DNA of 32,000 nucleotides from Phycisphaera mikurensis NBRC 102666 (GTDB lineage Bacteria > Planctomycetota > Phycisphaerae > Phycisphaerales > Phycisphaeraceae). The stretch is taken from the NCBI RefSeq assembly GCF_000284115.1, contig NC_017080.1, positions 630,001-662,000 of the forward strand. Direction: 5' to 3'. This document shows positions 8,820 to 17,353 of the stretch, one piece after another (the stretch's first letter is position 1; every line of letters starts with the position of its first letter). Below the pieces are notes generated by a model. It was not told where the DNA came from. It saw nothing but the letters and a program-made list of their open reading frames with translations, and made no database searches. The position numbers and the translations under genes were made by a program.

Positions 8820-9701
8820 TCAAGCGGGCCGGGCGAGCTCGGCCGGCAGCGCCTCGCCGAGCAGCAGGTTGTCGATGAGGCGGACGCCGCCGACGCGGGC
8901 GGCGACGAGCGCGGCGAGCGGCCGGCCGCCGCCGGGCTCCGGCGGCCGGAGCGTGCCGGCGTCGCGGACCTCCGCGTAGTCCACGCCCAGGCTCGGCTCG
9001 GCCGCGAGGCCGGCACGCAGCGCCTCCGCCGCTTCGCCGCCCGACCCCGCCCCGCCCGCGTGCGCGGCGTGCGCGGCGGCGAGCGAAGCGGAGATCGCGG
9101 CGGCGGCCTGGCGGCTCCGCGGGTCCAGCCGCTGGTTCCGCGAGCTCAGCGCCAGCCCGTCGGGTTCCCGCAGCGTGGGCACCTCGACGATCTCAACGCC
9201 GAGGCACAGGTCGGTGGCAATCGCCTGCACCAGCCGCAGCTGCTGCAGGTCCTTCCGCCCGAAGGTCGCCAGCTCGGGCCGGCACAGCCCGAGGAGCTTG
9301 GTCACCACGCGGGCGACGCCGGCGAAGTGGCCGGGCCGGTGGGCGTCCTCCAGCTCGGGGGCGGCGGTCAGGGCGGGGACGTCGACGGCGGCCGCCGGAA
9401 CGCCGGGCGGGTAGAGCGCCCCGGTGGCGGGAGCGAAGACGGCGTCCACGCCCGAAGCGGCGCACGCGGCGGCGTCGGCCTCGATCGCACGCGGGTACGC
9501 GGCGAGGTCGGCGGGGTCGTCGAACTGCGTGGGGTTCACGAACACGCTCACGAGGACGGCGCCCGCGCCCGCGGCCCGGGCGGCGGCGGGGTGGGCGAGG
9601 TGGCCCGCGTGCAGCGCGCCCATGGTCGGGACCAGCGCGAGCGGCCCCCGGAGGCCGCGCCGCCAGGCGTGGAGTTCGTCGGGGCTGCGGAGGAGGTGCA
9701 C
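8820..9701 (-). CDS. panC: pantoate--beta-alanine ligase
   Basis: C-terminal 293 aa of track ORF 8820..11258, starting at GTG 9701 (VHLLRSPDELHAW). Motifs PTMGALHAGH, VSVFVNPTQF and FGRKDLQQ are present. The upstream part of that ORF is a shadow frame over dnaA. Confidence 0.9.
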   Translation of the reverse strand: MHLLRSPDELHAWRRGLRGPLALVPTMGALHAGHLAHPAAARAAGAGAVLVSVFVNPTQFDDPADLAAYPRAIEADAAACAASGVDAVFAPATGALYPPGVPAAAVDVPALTAAPELEDAHRPGHFAGVARVVTKLLGLCRPELATFGRKDLQQLRLVQAIATDLCLGVEIVEVPTLREPDGLALSSRNQRLDPRSRQAAAAISASLAAAHAAHAGGAGSGGEAAEALRAGLAAEPSLGVDYAEVRDAGTLRPPEPGGGRPLAALVAARVGGVRLIDNLLLGEALPAELARPA

Positions 9702-9740
9702 GCGGGGAGGATGACAGGTCGGCGAGGGGGGAATCGGGGC

Positions 9741-9785
9741 GACGCGCCCGCTCGCAGGGTTTCTCGGAGCGAGCGGGAACGCGTC
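9741..9785 (-). terminator. imperfect long hairpin between dnaA stop and panC start
   Basis: GACGCG-CCCGCTCGC (9741-9755) pairs with GCGAGCGGG-aa-CGCGTC (9769-9785) around a 13-nt loop. No U-tract. Confidence 0.3.
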
Positions 9786-9868
9786 TCGCCCGGGGGCCGG
9801 CGCCGCCCCCGCCAAGCTCAAGCCGGGCCGTTCCCGCGGCTCCGCTGCCCGGAACCGCTGACGCGGCC

Positions 9869-11734
9869 TCAGCCCGCCGCCCGCAGCCGCGCCCGCAGGT
9901 CGGCCAGCAGCCGGCGGACCGGGACCGGCTCGCCGCCGCCGGCCACCGGCACCGCGGCGTCGGCCTCGGCCTGCGAACGCACGCGCTTGTCGGCGGTGAT
10001 GACGCCCGAGTGGCTGGGACGGCCCATCGCACGGGCGATCTCGGGGTAGCTCATCGCGGTCAGCTCGCGGGCGAGGTGGGCGACCAGGGCCCGGGCCTGC
10101 ACGACGACGCGGCTGCGGCCGGCGCCCAACGCCTCGCGGGGCTCCACCCCGAGGGCCTCGCCGACGATCTCCGCGATCGTGGCGACGCCGGCGGGGCCGG
10201 GGTTGAGCCGGCGCGGCGGCGGGCCGGGCCGCTCCAGGCGGCGGAGCCGCTCGACCAGGGCGGCGCCGACGGGGCGGCCCGGAGCGCCCGCCGGGGCCGC
10301 GCCCGCGGCGGCCGTCCGGCCCGGCGGCGGCGCCATCGCCTTGAGCCGGCCGCCGGGCCCCAGCCGGTCGAGCACGTCGAGCTTCGCGAGCAGGCCCTCG
10401 ATCTCGCGGACGCCGGGGCCGGCGAGCGGCTCGAGCGCGGCGGCGGCGTCCGCGTCGATCCGCAGCCCCCGGCGGGCGCCCAGCTCGGCGATGAGCGTCC
10501 GCCGCATCGCGGGCGCCGGCGCCTCGAGCTCGGCGACCAGGCCCTGCAGGCAGCGGCTGGACAGCGGCGTGCCCATCTCCTGCAGCTGCCGGGGGTGCCG
10601 GTCGGAGGCGAAGACGACCGGGACCCCGGCGGAGAGCGCCGCGTCGAAGCAGTGCAGCAGCTCGTGCTGGGTCTTCTGCTTCCCGGCGATGAAATGCACG
10701 TCGTCGACGGCGAGCAGGTGGCAGCCGCGGAACTCGCGGCGGAAGGCCGCGAGCGTGCCGCGGCGGGCGTGCTCGATGAAGCGGTTGGTGAAGCGTTCGC
10801 CGGTGGTGTGAACGACGCGGGAGCCGGGGCAGCGCTCCCGCCAGGCGGCGACGAGGCCGGTGACCAGGTGCGTCTTGCCGGTGCCGCAGGGCCCGTGCAC
10901 GAAGAGCGGGCCGTCGTGGTCGCCGGAGGCGAGGGCGGAGGCCGCCGCGAAGCCGAGCTCGTTGCAGGGGCCGGTGACGAAGTTGCCGAAGCGCTGCCCC
11001 GGGGTTGCGGAGCCGCCGCGCCGCCGGGTCGCTCCGCCCCCCGCGCGCCCGGTGCGGGCACCCCCGCCGCGGGCCGGCCGGCGGCCGGGGGTCCCCGCCG
11101 GCGCGGCTGGCGCGGCCGGCCGGCCCGCGGAAACCCCTTCCGCCGCGCCGCCGCCGGCTTCCGCCGCCGCGTCGGTGGGCGAGGGCCCGACGACCAGCCG
11201 CAGGTGCGGGTGCGGGCCGCGGCCCGCACCCGGCGCGCCGGCCGCCGCGGGATCGCACCCCGGGCCCGCCGCCGGCTGCGTCTCCGCGTCGGCCGCGCAG
11301 GAGGGCAGGCCCGCGCCGGCGGCGGCCTCGGAGAGCGCGTGCGCGAGGCCGCCCTGGCGGAGGCGATCGGCGGCGAAGCGGTGCGGCACCGCGAGCGTGA
11401 GCGCCCCGGTTTCGGGATCGAGCCCCAGGCCGCGGCCCCCGTCGATCCAGAGGCTGACCCGGCCCACGCCGAAGCGAGCCTCCAGCGGCCCGAGCAGCCG
11501 CTCCCGCAGGTCCGGCGTGAGCGCCGGCGGCCCGTTCCCGGTGCCCGCCGCCCGCCCGCCGGCGTCGGCCAGCCGCGGTCCCGCGGGCGCGGTTTTCCCC
11601 GGCAGGCCGGCGGCGGGTTCGTCCGGGAGGGGGGGAAGGGAGGGGAGGGCGCTCACGCTCGGGATCTTCAGGCGGCTGCGGACCCCGGGGCGGCGGGTGC
11701 CGGTGGGGTGCGTGGGGGGTGCGATCCGTCGCAT
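9869..11734 (-). CDS. dnaA: chromosomal replication initiator protein DnaA
   Basis: Track ORF 9869..12184 trimmed to ATG 11734 (MRRIAPPTHP). A GTG at about 11654 is an alternative start. AAA+ Walker A (HGPCGTGKTHL) and Walker B (LLAVDDVHF) are present. The C-terminal DNA-binding domain reads …MSYPEIARAMGRPSHSGVITADKRV…. It has long Pro/Ala/Gly linkers. Confidence 0.9.
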   Translation of the reverse strand: MRRIAPPTHPTGTRRPGVRSRLKIPSVSALPSLPPLPDEPAAGLPGKTAPAGPRLADAGGRAAGTGNGPPALTPDLRERLLGPLEARFGVGRVSLWIDGGRGLGLDPETGALTLAVPHRFAADRLRQGGLAHALSEAAAGAGLPSCAADAETQPAAGPGCDPAAAGAPGAGRGPHPHLRLVVGPSPTDAAAEAGGGAAEGVSAGRPAAPAAPAGTPGRRPARGGGARTGRAGGGATRRRGGSATPGQRFGNFVTGPCNELGFAAASALASGDHDGPLFVHGPCGTGKTHLVTGLVAAWRERCPGSRVVHTTGERFTNRFIEHARRGTLAAFRREFRGCHLLAVDDVHFIAGKQKTQHELLHCFDAALSAGVPVVFASDRHPRQLQEMGTPLSSRCLQGLVAELEAPAPAMRRTLIAELGARRGLRIDADAAAALEPLAGPGVREIEGLLAKLDVLDRLGPGGRLKAMAPPPGRTAAAGAAPAGAPGRPVGAALVERLRRLERPGPPPRRLNPGPAGVATIAEIVGEALGVEPREALGAGRSRVVVQARALVAHLARELTAMSYPEIARAMGRPSHSGVITADKRVRSQAEADAAVPVAGGGEPVPVRRLLADLRARLRAAG

Positions 11735-12251
11735 CCGTCTGATTCGGCGCTTCTTAGCGCTTCTTGGGGCGTCGCGGAGAGGCTTCGCGTTGGAGCTTCG
11801 CGCTGGGCCCGGCGTGGGGTGCGGCCTTCCGGCGTGGGCGCTGAGGCGTGAGGCTCGGGCTGGAGGCGCTGGCGTGGCCCGTTGGCGTGGCACCCGGGGT
11901 GCGTCGCGGCCTGTTCGGGGCCTGCGGCGTTCCGCCGGGAGGCCTCCCCGCCCGCCGCCTCCCGGGGGGGAGGCGGCCCGGGCGGGGCCCGGTGGCCGCC
12001 GCCCGGGAGCCCCCAAGCGGGGCCGGAGCGGCCGGTGGGCCGGGCCGACCGGGGCCGCCTCGGCGGCTCCGGCTGCCCCCCGCTCGGCGGACCCGCGGGG
12101 CGGGCTCCGGCGGCGGGGAGCGGCAGACACCACCCGTCCCTGGGCGGCCGGGCCCAGCCTAAATCCCCGCCGACCGCCGCGCACCCCGTCCGCCCCCGTC
12201 CCCGGTTCCGCCGGCGGGCCCGGGGGCGGAGGATCCGCCCTCAGCGTGCTT

Positions 12252-12323
12252 TGTGGACGCTCAAATTCTTTTCGCCGCCCCTTCTTTCCACCGCCCGCCC
12301 CGGCCCGTGGACAATGTGGACAA
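12252..12323. promoter_or_regulatory. DnaA-box cluster with adjacent AT-rich patch (candidate oriC core or dnaA autoregulatory site)
   Basis: TGTGGACAA at 12315-12323 is the exact reverse complement of the high-GC-type box TTGTCCACA and matches E. coli TGTGGATAA at 8/9. It abuts cGTGGACAA at 12306-12314. TGTGGACgc lies at 12252-12260. An opposite-orientation CTTTCCACC lies at 12284-12292. The patch 12259-12276 (gctcaaattcttttcgcc) is unusually AT-rich for this genome. Confidence 0.5.
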
Positions 12324-12367
12324 GGCCCGCCACCGCCGCGCCCGCACCCCCCCCCCCGCGGCCGCCC

Positions 12368-13396
12368 TCAGGCGGCCCCCTCGGCCCCGAGCGGGCGGAA
12401 ACGCGCCATCGCCAGCCGCCGCTGCACGCTGCGGAAACCCGCCGAGCGGTACACCCGCAACGCCGGCCGGTTCGCGGCATCCGCCGCGAGCACCACGCGC
12501 TCCGCTCCCGACCGCGCCGCCTCCGCCTGCGCGCGGCGGAGCAGCAGCCGGCCGATGCCCCGCCCCCGGGCCCGCGGAGCGACGCCCAGGTAGACGACCT
12601 CCAGCGTCGGCTCCTGCGGGAGCCGCGCGAGCAGCAGCACCGCGACCGGCCCCGCCGGGTCGCTCCACACCCGCCACCGCCGGGCCGCGAAGGCTCCGGG
12701 GCCGCCGGCGCCGCGGTGGCCCTCGATCACCTCCTCGATCGGCCGCCGGCCGATGAGGCCCGGGCAGTCCAGCGTGCCCGCGTAGCTGCACTCGATCGCC
12801 GCGGCGAAGCGGCCGCTCGCCGCGGGGCTCCAAGGCTGCTCCTGCACCCATCCCGCCCCGACCCCGGGCAGCGGGTCCTCGCGTGCGGGCTCGGCGGCAC
12901 CCTCGAGGTAGACGAGCGTCGCCAGCGTCTCGAAGCCGGCCCCGGCCAGCGCCGCCCGCTCCGCGTCGCGCTCGGGCTCGGGCAGCGCCTGCGCCACCCG
13001 CACGCCGCCGAGGCCGCCGACCAGGTCGTCGAGCATCCGCGCCACCGGGCCGGCGTCCGGGCCGCGCATCGGGCTTACGAGCACCATGGCGGCCCGCCCG
13101 GGGCCCGCCAGCGCGGCCACGGCCAGGGGCCGGCCGTCGGCCGCGTCGGCGGTGCGGAGGGAAACCGCCAGCCGCTGCCCCTCCGCGTACGCGAGGAAGC
13201 GCTCCGCCGCGGACCGGCTCTCCCGGTCGCGTCCGGCCCGCCCGAGCAGCAGCACCGCCGCCGCGCGGCGGCGCTCACGCTCGGTGCGGGGGCTCCGGCT
13301 GCCGGGGGCGGGGGAGGCTTCCAAGTCGGGCGGTGCGGTGCGGTGCGGCGGGCCGGCGGGGCGGGCTCGCGTGGGCCCGCGCGGCCCACCCGGCAC
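12368..13396 (-). CDS. GNAT-family N-acetyltransferase (apparent tandem GNAT-like halves)
   Basis: The C-terminal half carries acetyl-CoA motif A, VYLGVAPRARGRGIGRLLLRRA, followed by …RVVLAADAANRPALRVYRSAGF. The N-terminal 50 aa are low complexity, so the start is uncertain. Confidence 0.75.
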   Translation of the reverse strand: MPGGPRGPTRARPAGPPHRTAPPDLEASPAPGSRSPRTERERRRAAAVLLLGRAGRDRESRSAAERFLAYAEGQRLAVSLRTADAADGRPLAVAALAGPGRAAMVLVSPMRGPDAGPVARMLDDLVGGLGGVRVAQALPEPERDAERAALAGAGFETLATLVYLEGAAEPAREDPLPGVGAGWVQEQPWSPAASGRFAAAIECSYAGTLDCPGLIGRRPIEEVIEGHRGAGGPGAFAARRWRVWSDPAGPVAVLLLARLPQEPTLEVVYLGVAPRARGRGIGRLLLRRAQAEAARSGAERVVLAADAANRPALRVYRSAGFRSVQRRLAMARFRPLGAEGAA

Positions 13397-13464
13397 CGCG
13401 GGATCGTACGATCCCCCCGCGAGTCCCGGCCGCGACGCGGCGCTTCCCCCCGTGAGTCCCGATC

Positions 13465-14256
13465 ATGGTCCCAGTCCTTCCCCCGACCCACCTCACGGCC
13501 CCGTCCGCCCGCCGCCGCGCCCGGTTCCGCCGCGGGCGGCCCGCCGCGGGGGCGGCCGCGGCGCTGGCGGGGCTGCTGCTGGCCGCGGCGGCGGGGTCGC
13601 CGCCGGCGGCCGCCCAGGGCGCGGCCGCCGATTCGTCCTACCCGCGGCCCTCGCTCGCGGGCGACGCCTGGCAGCTGGCGATGACGGCCCGCAACCCCGA
13701 GGTCATCTCCGTCCGCGGGCTCTCCGGCGAGCCGCGTTGGTACTGGTTCCTGCCCTACGCCGTGCTCAACGACACCGGCGAGGACCGGCTCTTCGTGCCC
13801 GAGGTCACCGTGGTTACCGACGGGGGCGAGCTGATCGAGGCCGGCCGCGGCGTGCCCGCCAGCGTCTTCGCCGCGATCGCCGAGCGTGTCGGCAACCCCT
13901 ACCTCGAGAACCCCGAGGCGGTGATCGGGCCCATCCGCCAAGGCGAGGACTTCGTGAAGGAGTCCGTCGCGATCTGGCCCGTGCCCGCCGCCGACGTCGA
14001 CCGGATGACGATCTTCTTCGCCGGCCTCTCCGGCGAGACCCGCGAGGCCGTCTCGCCGGTGACCGGGGAGGTGGTGACCGAGCTGGTCATCGACCCCGCG
14101 ACCGGGCGGCCCGCGCTCGGCCCCGACGGCCAGCCCCGCACCCAGCCGGTGCTGCTGCGCCGCACCGAGGTGCTCGAGTACCTGACCCCCGGCACGCCCC
14201 GCTCCCCCGACCGCCTGCCGACCATCCTCTTGGATCGCTCGACCGTCCTGCGTTGA
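13465..14256 (+). CDS. hypothetical exported protein
   Basis: ATG 13465. N-terminal Arg-rich region plus hydrophobic core plus AAAQG (signal peptide, possibly Tat-like RRRARF). The mature part has a balanced composition (…RWYWFLPYAVLNDTGEDRLFVPEVTVVTDGGELIEAG…). I recognise no family. Confidence 0.7.
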   Translation: MVPVLPPTHLTAPSARRRARFRRGRPAAGAAAALAGLLLAAAAGSPPAAAQGAAADSSYPRPSLAGDAWQLAMTARNPEVISVRGLSGEPRWYWFLPYAVLNDTGEDRLFVPEVTVVTDGGELIEAGRGVPASVFAAIAERVGNPYLENPEAVIGPIRQGEDFVKESVAIWPVPAADVDRMTIFFAGLSGETREAVSPVTGEVVTELVIDPATGRPALGPDGQPRTQPVLLRRTEVLEYLTPGTPRSPDRLPTILLDRSTVLR

Positions 14257-14380
14257 TCCGCCGCGGCCGATCGGGCAGCCACAGGCGTAGCCCGCGTGCG
14301 GAACGCGCGAGAACGCGTCGCCGAGCGAGCGCTCTGCCCGCGGGCCGCAGGCCGCCACGACCGGCCGCACCGCGACGCGT

Positions 14381-15652
14381 TCACTCCGCCGCGGGCGGAG
14401 CCGGGTACCGGCGTCCCTTCCACAGGTTTCCGCCGAAAGTGCAACGCCAGGCGCTCGCGGCGAGGATCGCGAGGTACGCGGCGCTCCCCGCCGGCACCGA
14501 CAGCGCCCACCACCACCGCAGCCCGCACAGCCGCCGCGCCGCGTCCGCCGACGCCGCCTGCAGCGCCAGCGCCAGCATCGCGACCCCCGCCGCCACCCAC
14601 GCGGCCGCGCCGCCGCCCGAGCCGGCCAGCGCCAGCGCCGCCGGCAGGTACGCCGCCGGCCCGACGTTGCACACGAGCGTCGCGGCCCCCAGCCCCGCCG
14701 CCACGAGCGGCCGGCGGTCCAGCCCCGGGTAGGCGTTCTTGGTCAGGCCCTCCCACTGGTCCGCCCAGCCGTCGTACATCCGGCACCACAGGCGCTCGCC
14801 CGCGACGGCCACCGCCATCCGGCCGCCGGCCGCCTTGAGCGCCTGCCCCAGCTTCAGGTCCTCCACCACCTCCCCCCGCACCGCGGCGTGCCCGCCCGCC
14901 GCCGCGTACAGCCGCCGCCGCACCAGGATGAAGGCCCCGCCGGTGAGGGCCTCGGGCCGCCCGGGGTCCACCGCCTTCTTCAGCGGGAGCATCACCGAGA
15001 GCGCCACCACCAGCTGCAGCTGCACCAGCCGCTCGCCGAAGCCGCCGAACACCAGCCGCGGCACCAGCGCCAGCACGTCCGCCCCCCGCGCCTCCGCGTG
15101 CGCCGCCGCCGCCCGCACCAGGTCCGGCGCGTGGTGGATGTCCGCGTCGGTGAACAGCAGCCAGTCCCCGCCGCTGCCCCCGGGGTCCGCCGGCGCCGCG
15201 TCCTCCACCGGGCCGTCGGCCAGGAGCCCCGCCGCCGCGAGCCCCCGCTGGATCGCCCAGCACTTGCCCACCCACCCCCGCGGCGGCTCCTGCTCGTTGC
15301 GGACCGGCAGCAGCCGATCGCCGAAGGCCGCCGCGAGGCCGGCCACCGCCTCCGGCGTCGCGTCCGAGCTCGCGTCGTCGACGAAGACCACCCGGTGGGG
15401 GCGTCGCGTGTCCTGCGCCAGCAGCTCCTGGAGGGTCTGCGGCAGGTGATCGGCTTCGTCACGCCCCGGCACCACCACCGTGACGCCCGCCAGCGGACCC
15501 ACCGGCTCCGCCGTGGGTTCGTCCAGCGGGTGATCCAGCACGGCCCCGGCTCCGCTGACCAACGCCACCCACCCCCACGCCAGCGTCGCCGCCGCCGCGC
15601 CCGCGAGCAGCGCCCACGCCAGCAACGCGGTCAATCCTGCGTCCAGATCCAC
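14381..15652 (-). CDS. family 2 glycosyltransferase with C-terminal membrane domain (HpnB/CrtQ-like layout)
   Basis: Track ORF 14381..15874 trimmed to GTG 15652 (alternative TTG 15634). The upstream part is Arg/Gly junk and overlaps a better ORF in another frame. Motifs: N-terminal TM, VVVPGRDEADH, VFVDDASSD, GWVGKCWA, LLFTDADI, followed by several C-terminal TM helices. Confidence 0.8.
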   Translation of the reverse strand: MDLDAGLTALLAWALLAGAAAATLAWGWVALVSGAGAVLDHPLDEPTAEPVGPLAGVTVVVPGRDEADHLPQTLQELLAQDTRRPHRVVFVDDASSDATPEAVAGLAAAFGDRLLPVRNEQEPPRGWVGKCWAIQRGLAAAGLLADGPVEDAAPADPGGSGGDWLLFTDADIHHAPDLVRAAAAHAEARGADVLALVPRLVFGGFGERLVQLQLVVALSVMLPLKKAVDPGRPEALTGGAFILVRRRLYAAAGGHAAVRGEVVEDLKLGQALKAAGGRMAVAVAGERLWCRMYDGWADQWEGLTKNAYPGLDRRPLVAAGLGAATLVCNVGPAAYLPAALALAGSGGGAAAWVAAGVAMLALALQAASADAARRLCGLRWWWALSVPAGSAAYLAILAASAWRCTFGGNLWKGRRYPAPPAAE

Positions 15653-15870
15653 GCGAGCCGGTAGCTCCCGCTCTCGTCGGTCAGCACCTCGTCGTCGACG
15701 CGATCGATCACGCCGAACAGCCGTCCGCCCTCGCGCTCGTCCAGCCCGATCGTGTCCCCCCGCTCGTACGCCGCACCGCCCGCCTTGGGGTCGGCCCGGT
15801 AGCGCCGGTCGTCGCAGGCCGGCGGCGTCGCCGGGTCGTCGTACAGCCGGAGGGTGATCTGCTCCTTCAT
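15631..15870 (-). CDS. small acidic hypothetical protein (79 aa), overlapping the GT2 start
   Basis: C-terminal 79 aa of track ORF 15631..16764, starting at ATG 15870 (MKEQITLRLYDDPATPPACDDRRYRADPK…SYRLAWIWTQD). It has high GC3 and a non-junk composition. Its TGA (15631-15633) overlaps the candidate GT2 starts. Confidence 0.5.
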   Translation of the reverse strand: MKEQITLRLYDDPATPPACDDRRYRADPKAGGAAYERGDTIGLDEREGGRLFGVIDRVDDEVLTDESGSYRLAWIWTQD

Positions 15871-15918
15871 GCACCGAGGGTACGCGCGGCTTCCTCCCGC
15901 TCCGGTAGCTTTGCCCCG

Positions 15919-16758
15919 ATGCCGCAGACCTCCTCCCTGTTCGACCTCTCCGGACGCGTGGCCCTGGTCTCCGGGGGCACCTCGGGCATCGGCCTCGCCA
16001 TCGCCGAGGCCTTCGTCGACCACGGCGCCAAGGTCGTCGTCGGTTCCCGCACCGCCGACAAGGTGAAGGAAGCCGTCGACCGCCTCAACGATCGCGTCGC
16101 CGAGTCGGCCGCGGGGGCCGTGCTCGACGTGCAGAGCGAAGACTCCGTGCGGGGTGCCTTCGACCACGGGGTCCGCCGCTTCGGCACCGTCAACGATGCG
16201 GTCCACTCCGCCGGCGTGATGCACAAAGCCGATTCCGCCGAGCTCGAGGCCGAGCCCTTCAACCGGCTCTACGACATCCACGTCACCGGCGGCCTGCGGC
16301 TCGCCAAGGCCCTGGCGGCGCACCTCGCCTCCTCCGGGGCCAGCCAGCCCGACGCCGCCGCCCCCGTGGAGCCCGCGGGCTCGTTCACCTTCATCGCCTC
16401 GATCACCAGCTTCGCGGCGCTCTCCGGCGTCACCGCCTACGCCGCCGCGAAGAGCGCCCAGATGGGCCTCATCCGCAACCTCTCCACCGACTTCGGCGCC
16501 CGCGGCATCCGCGTCAACGGCATCGCGCCGGGCTTCGTGCCCACCGACTTGAACCGCAAGATGATCACGGGCACCGACCGCGGCCGCCGCATCCTCGAGC
16601 GGACCCCGATGGCGCGCTTCGGCACCGCCGACGAGATCGCCGGCGCCGCCGTCTATCTGGCCGCGCCCGCCGGTGCCTTCGTCAACGGCCACACGATCGT
16701 GGTCGACGGCGGCTTCCTGGCCTGCGGGCTCGGCGACGCCGTCGCGCCCTGGAGCTGA
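15919..16758 (+). CDS. SDR-family oxidoreductase (short-chain dehydrogenase/reductase)
   Basis: Cofactor motif VSGGTSGIGLAIA, catalytic YAAAKSAQMGL (YxxxK) and PGFVPTDL are present. 279 aa. Confidence 0.9.
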   Translation: MPQTSSLFDLSGRVALVSGGTSGIGLAIAEAFVDHGAKVVVGSRTADKVKEAVDRLNDRVAESAAGAVLDVQSEDSVRGAFDHGVRRFGTVNDAVHSAGVMHKADSAELEAEPFNRLYDIHVTGGLRLAKALAAHLASSGASQPDAAAPVEPAGSFTFIASITSFAALSGVTAYAAAKSAQMGLIRNLSTDFGARGIRVNGIAPGFVPTDLNRKMITGTDRGRRILERTPMARFGTADEIAGAAVYLAAPAGAFVNGHTIVVDGGFLACGLGDAVAPWS

Positions 16759-16887
16759 CCCCACCCCCGCTGCGCAGGTGGCCGACCTGCCACGCGGAGA
16801 CGCCGGCGCTCGCCGTCGCTTGGTGCGTTGACGGGCCCGATCGTCCTCCCGCAGCCGCGGCGCGGCGGCAAGGGGGATCGCGACGGG

Positions 16888-17130
16888 TCACGCGCCGCGC
16901 CCGGTCTTCTCCTGGAGGGCGTCGATCCGCTTGCTGGCCTCGGCTTTGGTCAGCTCCGCGTCGTATCCGTCCTCCTCACCGGCGCCGGCTTCCTCGCTGA
17001 GGGTCTTCAGGTAGGAGGCCTGGGCACCGGTCATCTTCTCGTCGCCCGTGGTCCAGTTGTCCGGGTCTTTCTGCGCGTTGCTGACGGGGTCGCTCTTGGG
17101 GGTCGTGGCGTCGGGGGTTTCGCTGCTCAT
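16888..17130 (-). CDS. DUF3072-like small protein
   Basis: Track ORF 16888..17232 trimmed to ATG 17130 (MSSETPDATTPK…). The conserved core MTGAQASYLKTLSEEAG…LTKAEASKRIDALQ matches my recollection of DUF3072. Confidence 0.7.
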   Translation of the reverse strand: MSSETPDATTPKSDPVSNAQKDPDNWTTGDEKMTGAQASYLKTLSEEAGAGEEDGYDAELTKAEASKRIDALQEKTGRGA

Positions 17131-17324
17131 CGTTTGTCTTCGGTGGAAATCTCGCGGGTACGAACGCAGTCCTCGGCGGATCGGGCGACGGGCTCTCTCG
17201 GCGGCGCTCCGCTCCAAACTTGCACCGAACACTAGGCGCCGCCCCCGGCGCCGTCCACCGGCCCGCAGGAGAGGGGATCGCCTCTAGCCCATTAAGAAGA
17301 TGAGCGACAATCTTCGAAAAAGGC

Positions 17325-17353
17325 TTGACATCGCGTTCCCGCTTTGGCAACAT
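17325..17353 (+). promoter_or_regulatory. sigma70-type promoter candidate of prepilin cassette A
   Basis: TTGACA (17325-17330), a 17-nt spacer ending in TGG (extended -10-like TG), then CAACAT (17348-17353). An AT-rich tract lies upstream and contains the inverted repeat GAAGAT-N8-ATCTTC (17296-17315). Cassette B has the same architecture. Confidence 0.45.

Noticed and set aside
8820-11258. Apparent 812-aa ORF suggesting a large fusion protein
   Set aside because: Only the last 293 aa (panC, from GTG 9701) look like a real protein. The rest is an out-of-frame shadow across dnaA.
11884-11895. Shared 12-mer GGCGTGGCACCC between the dnaA upstream region and 29949-29960 (plus 29882-29893) as evidence of a dispersed repeat family
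   Set aside because: It is too short and too GC-rich to distinguish from chance without genome-wide counts. It is mentioned under the inverted-repeat element finding only.
14381-15874. Full 497-aa version of the GT2 ORF
   Set aside because: The N-terminal 74 aa are Arg/Gly junk and overlap the compositionally normal 79-aa ORF in another frame. The GT2 TM helix and domain begin after GTG 15652.
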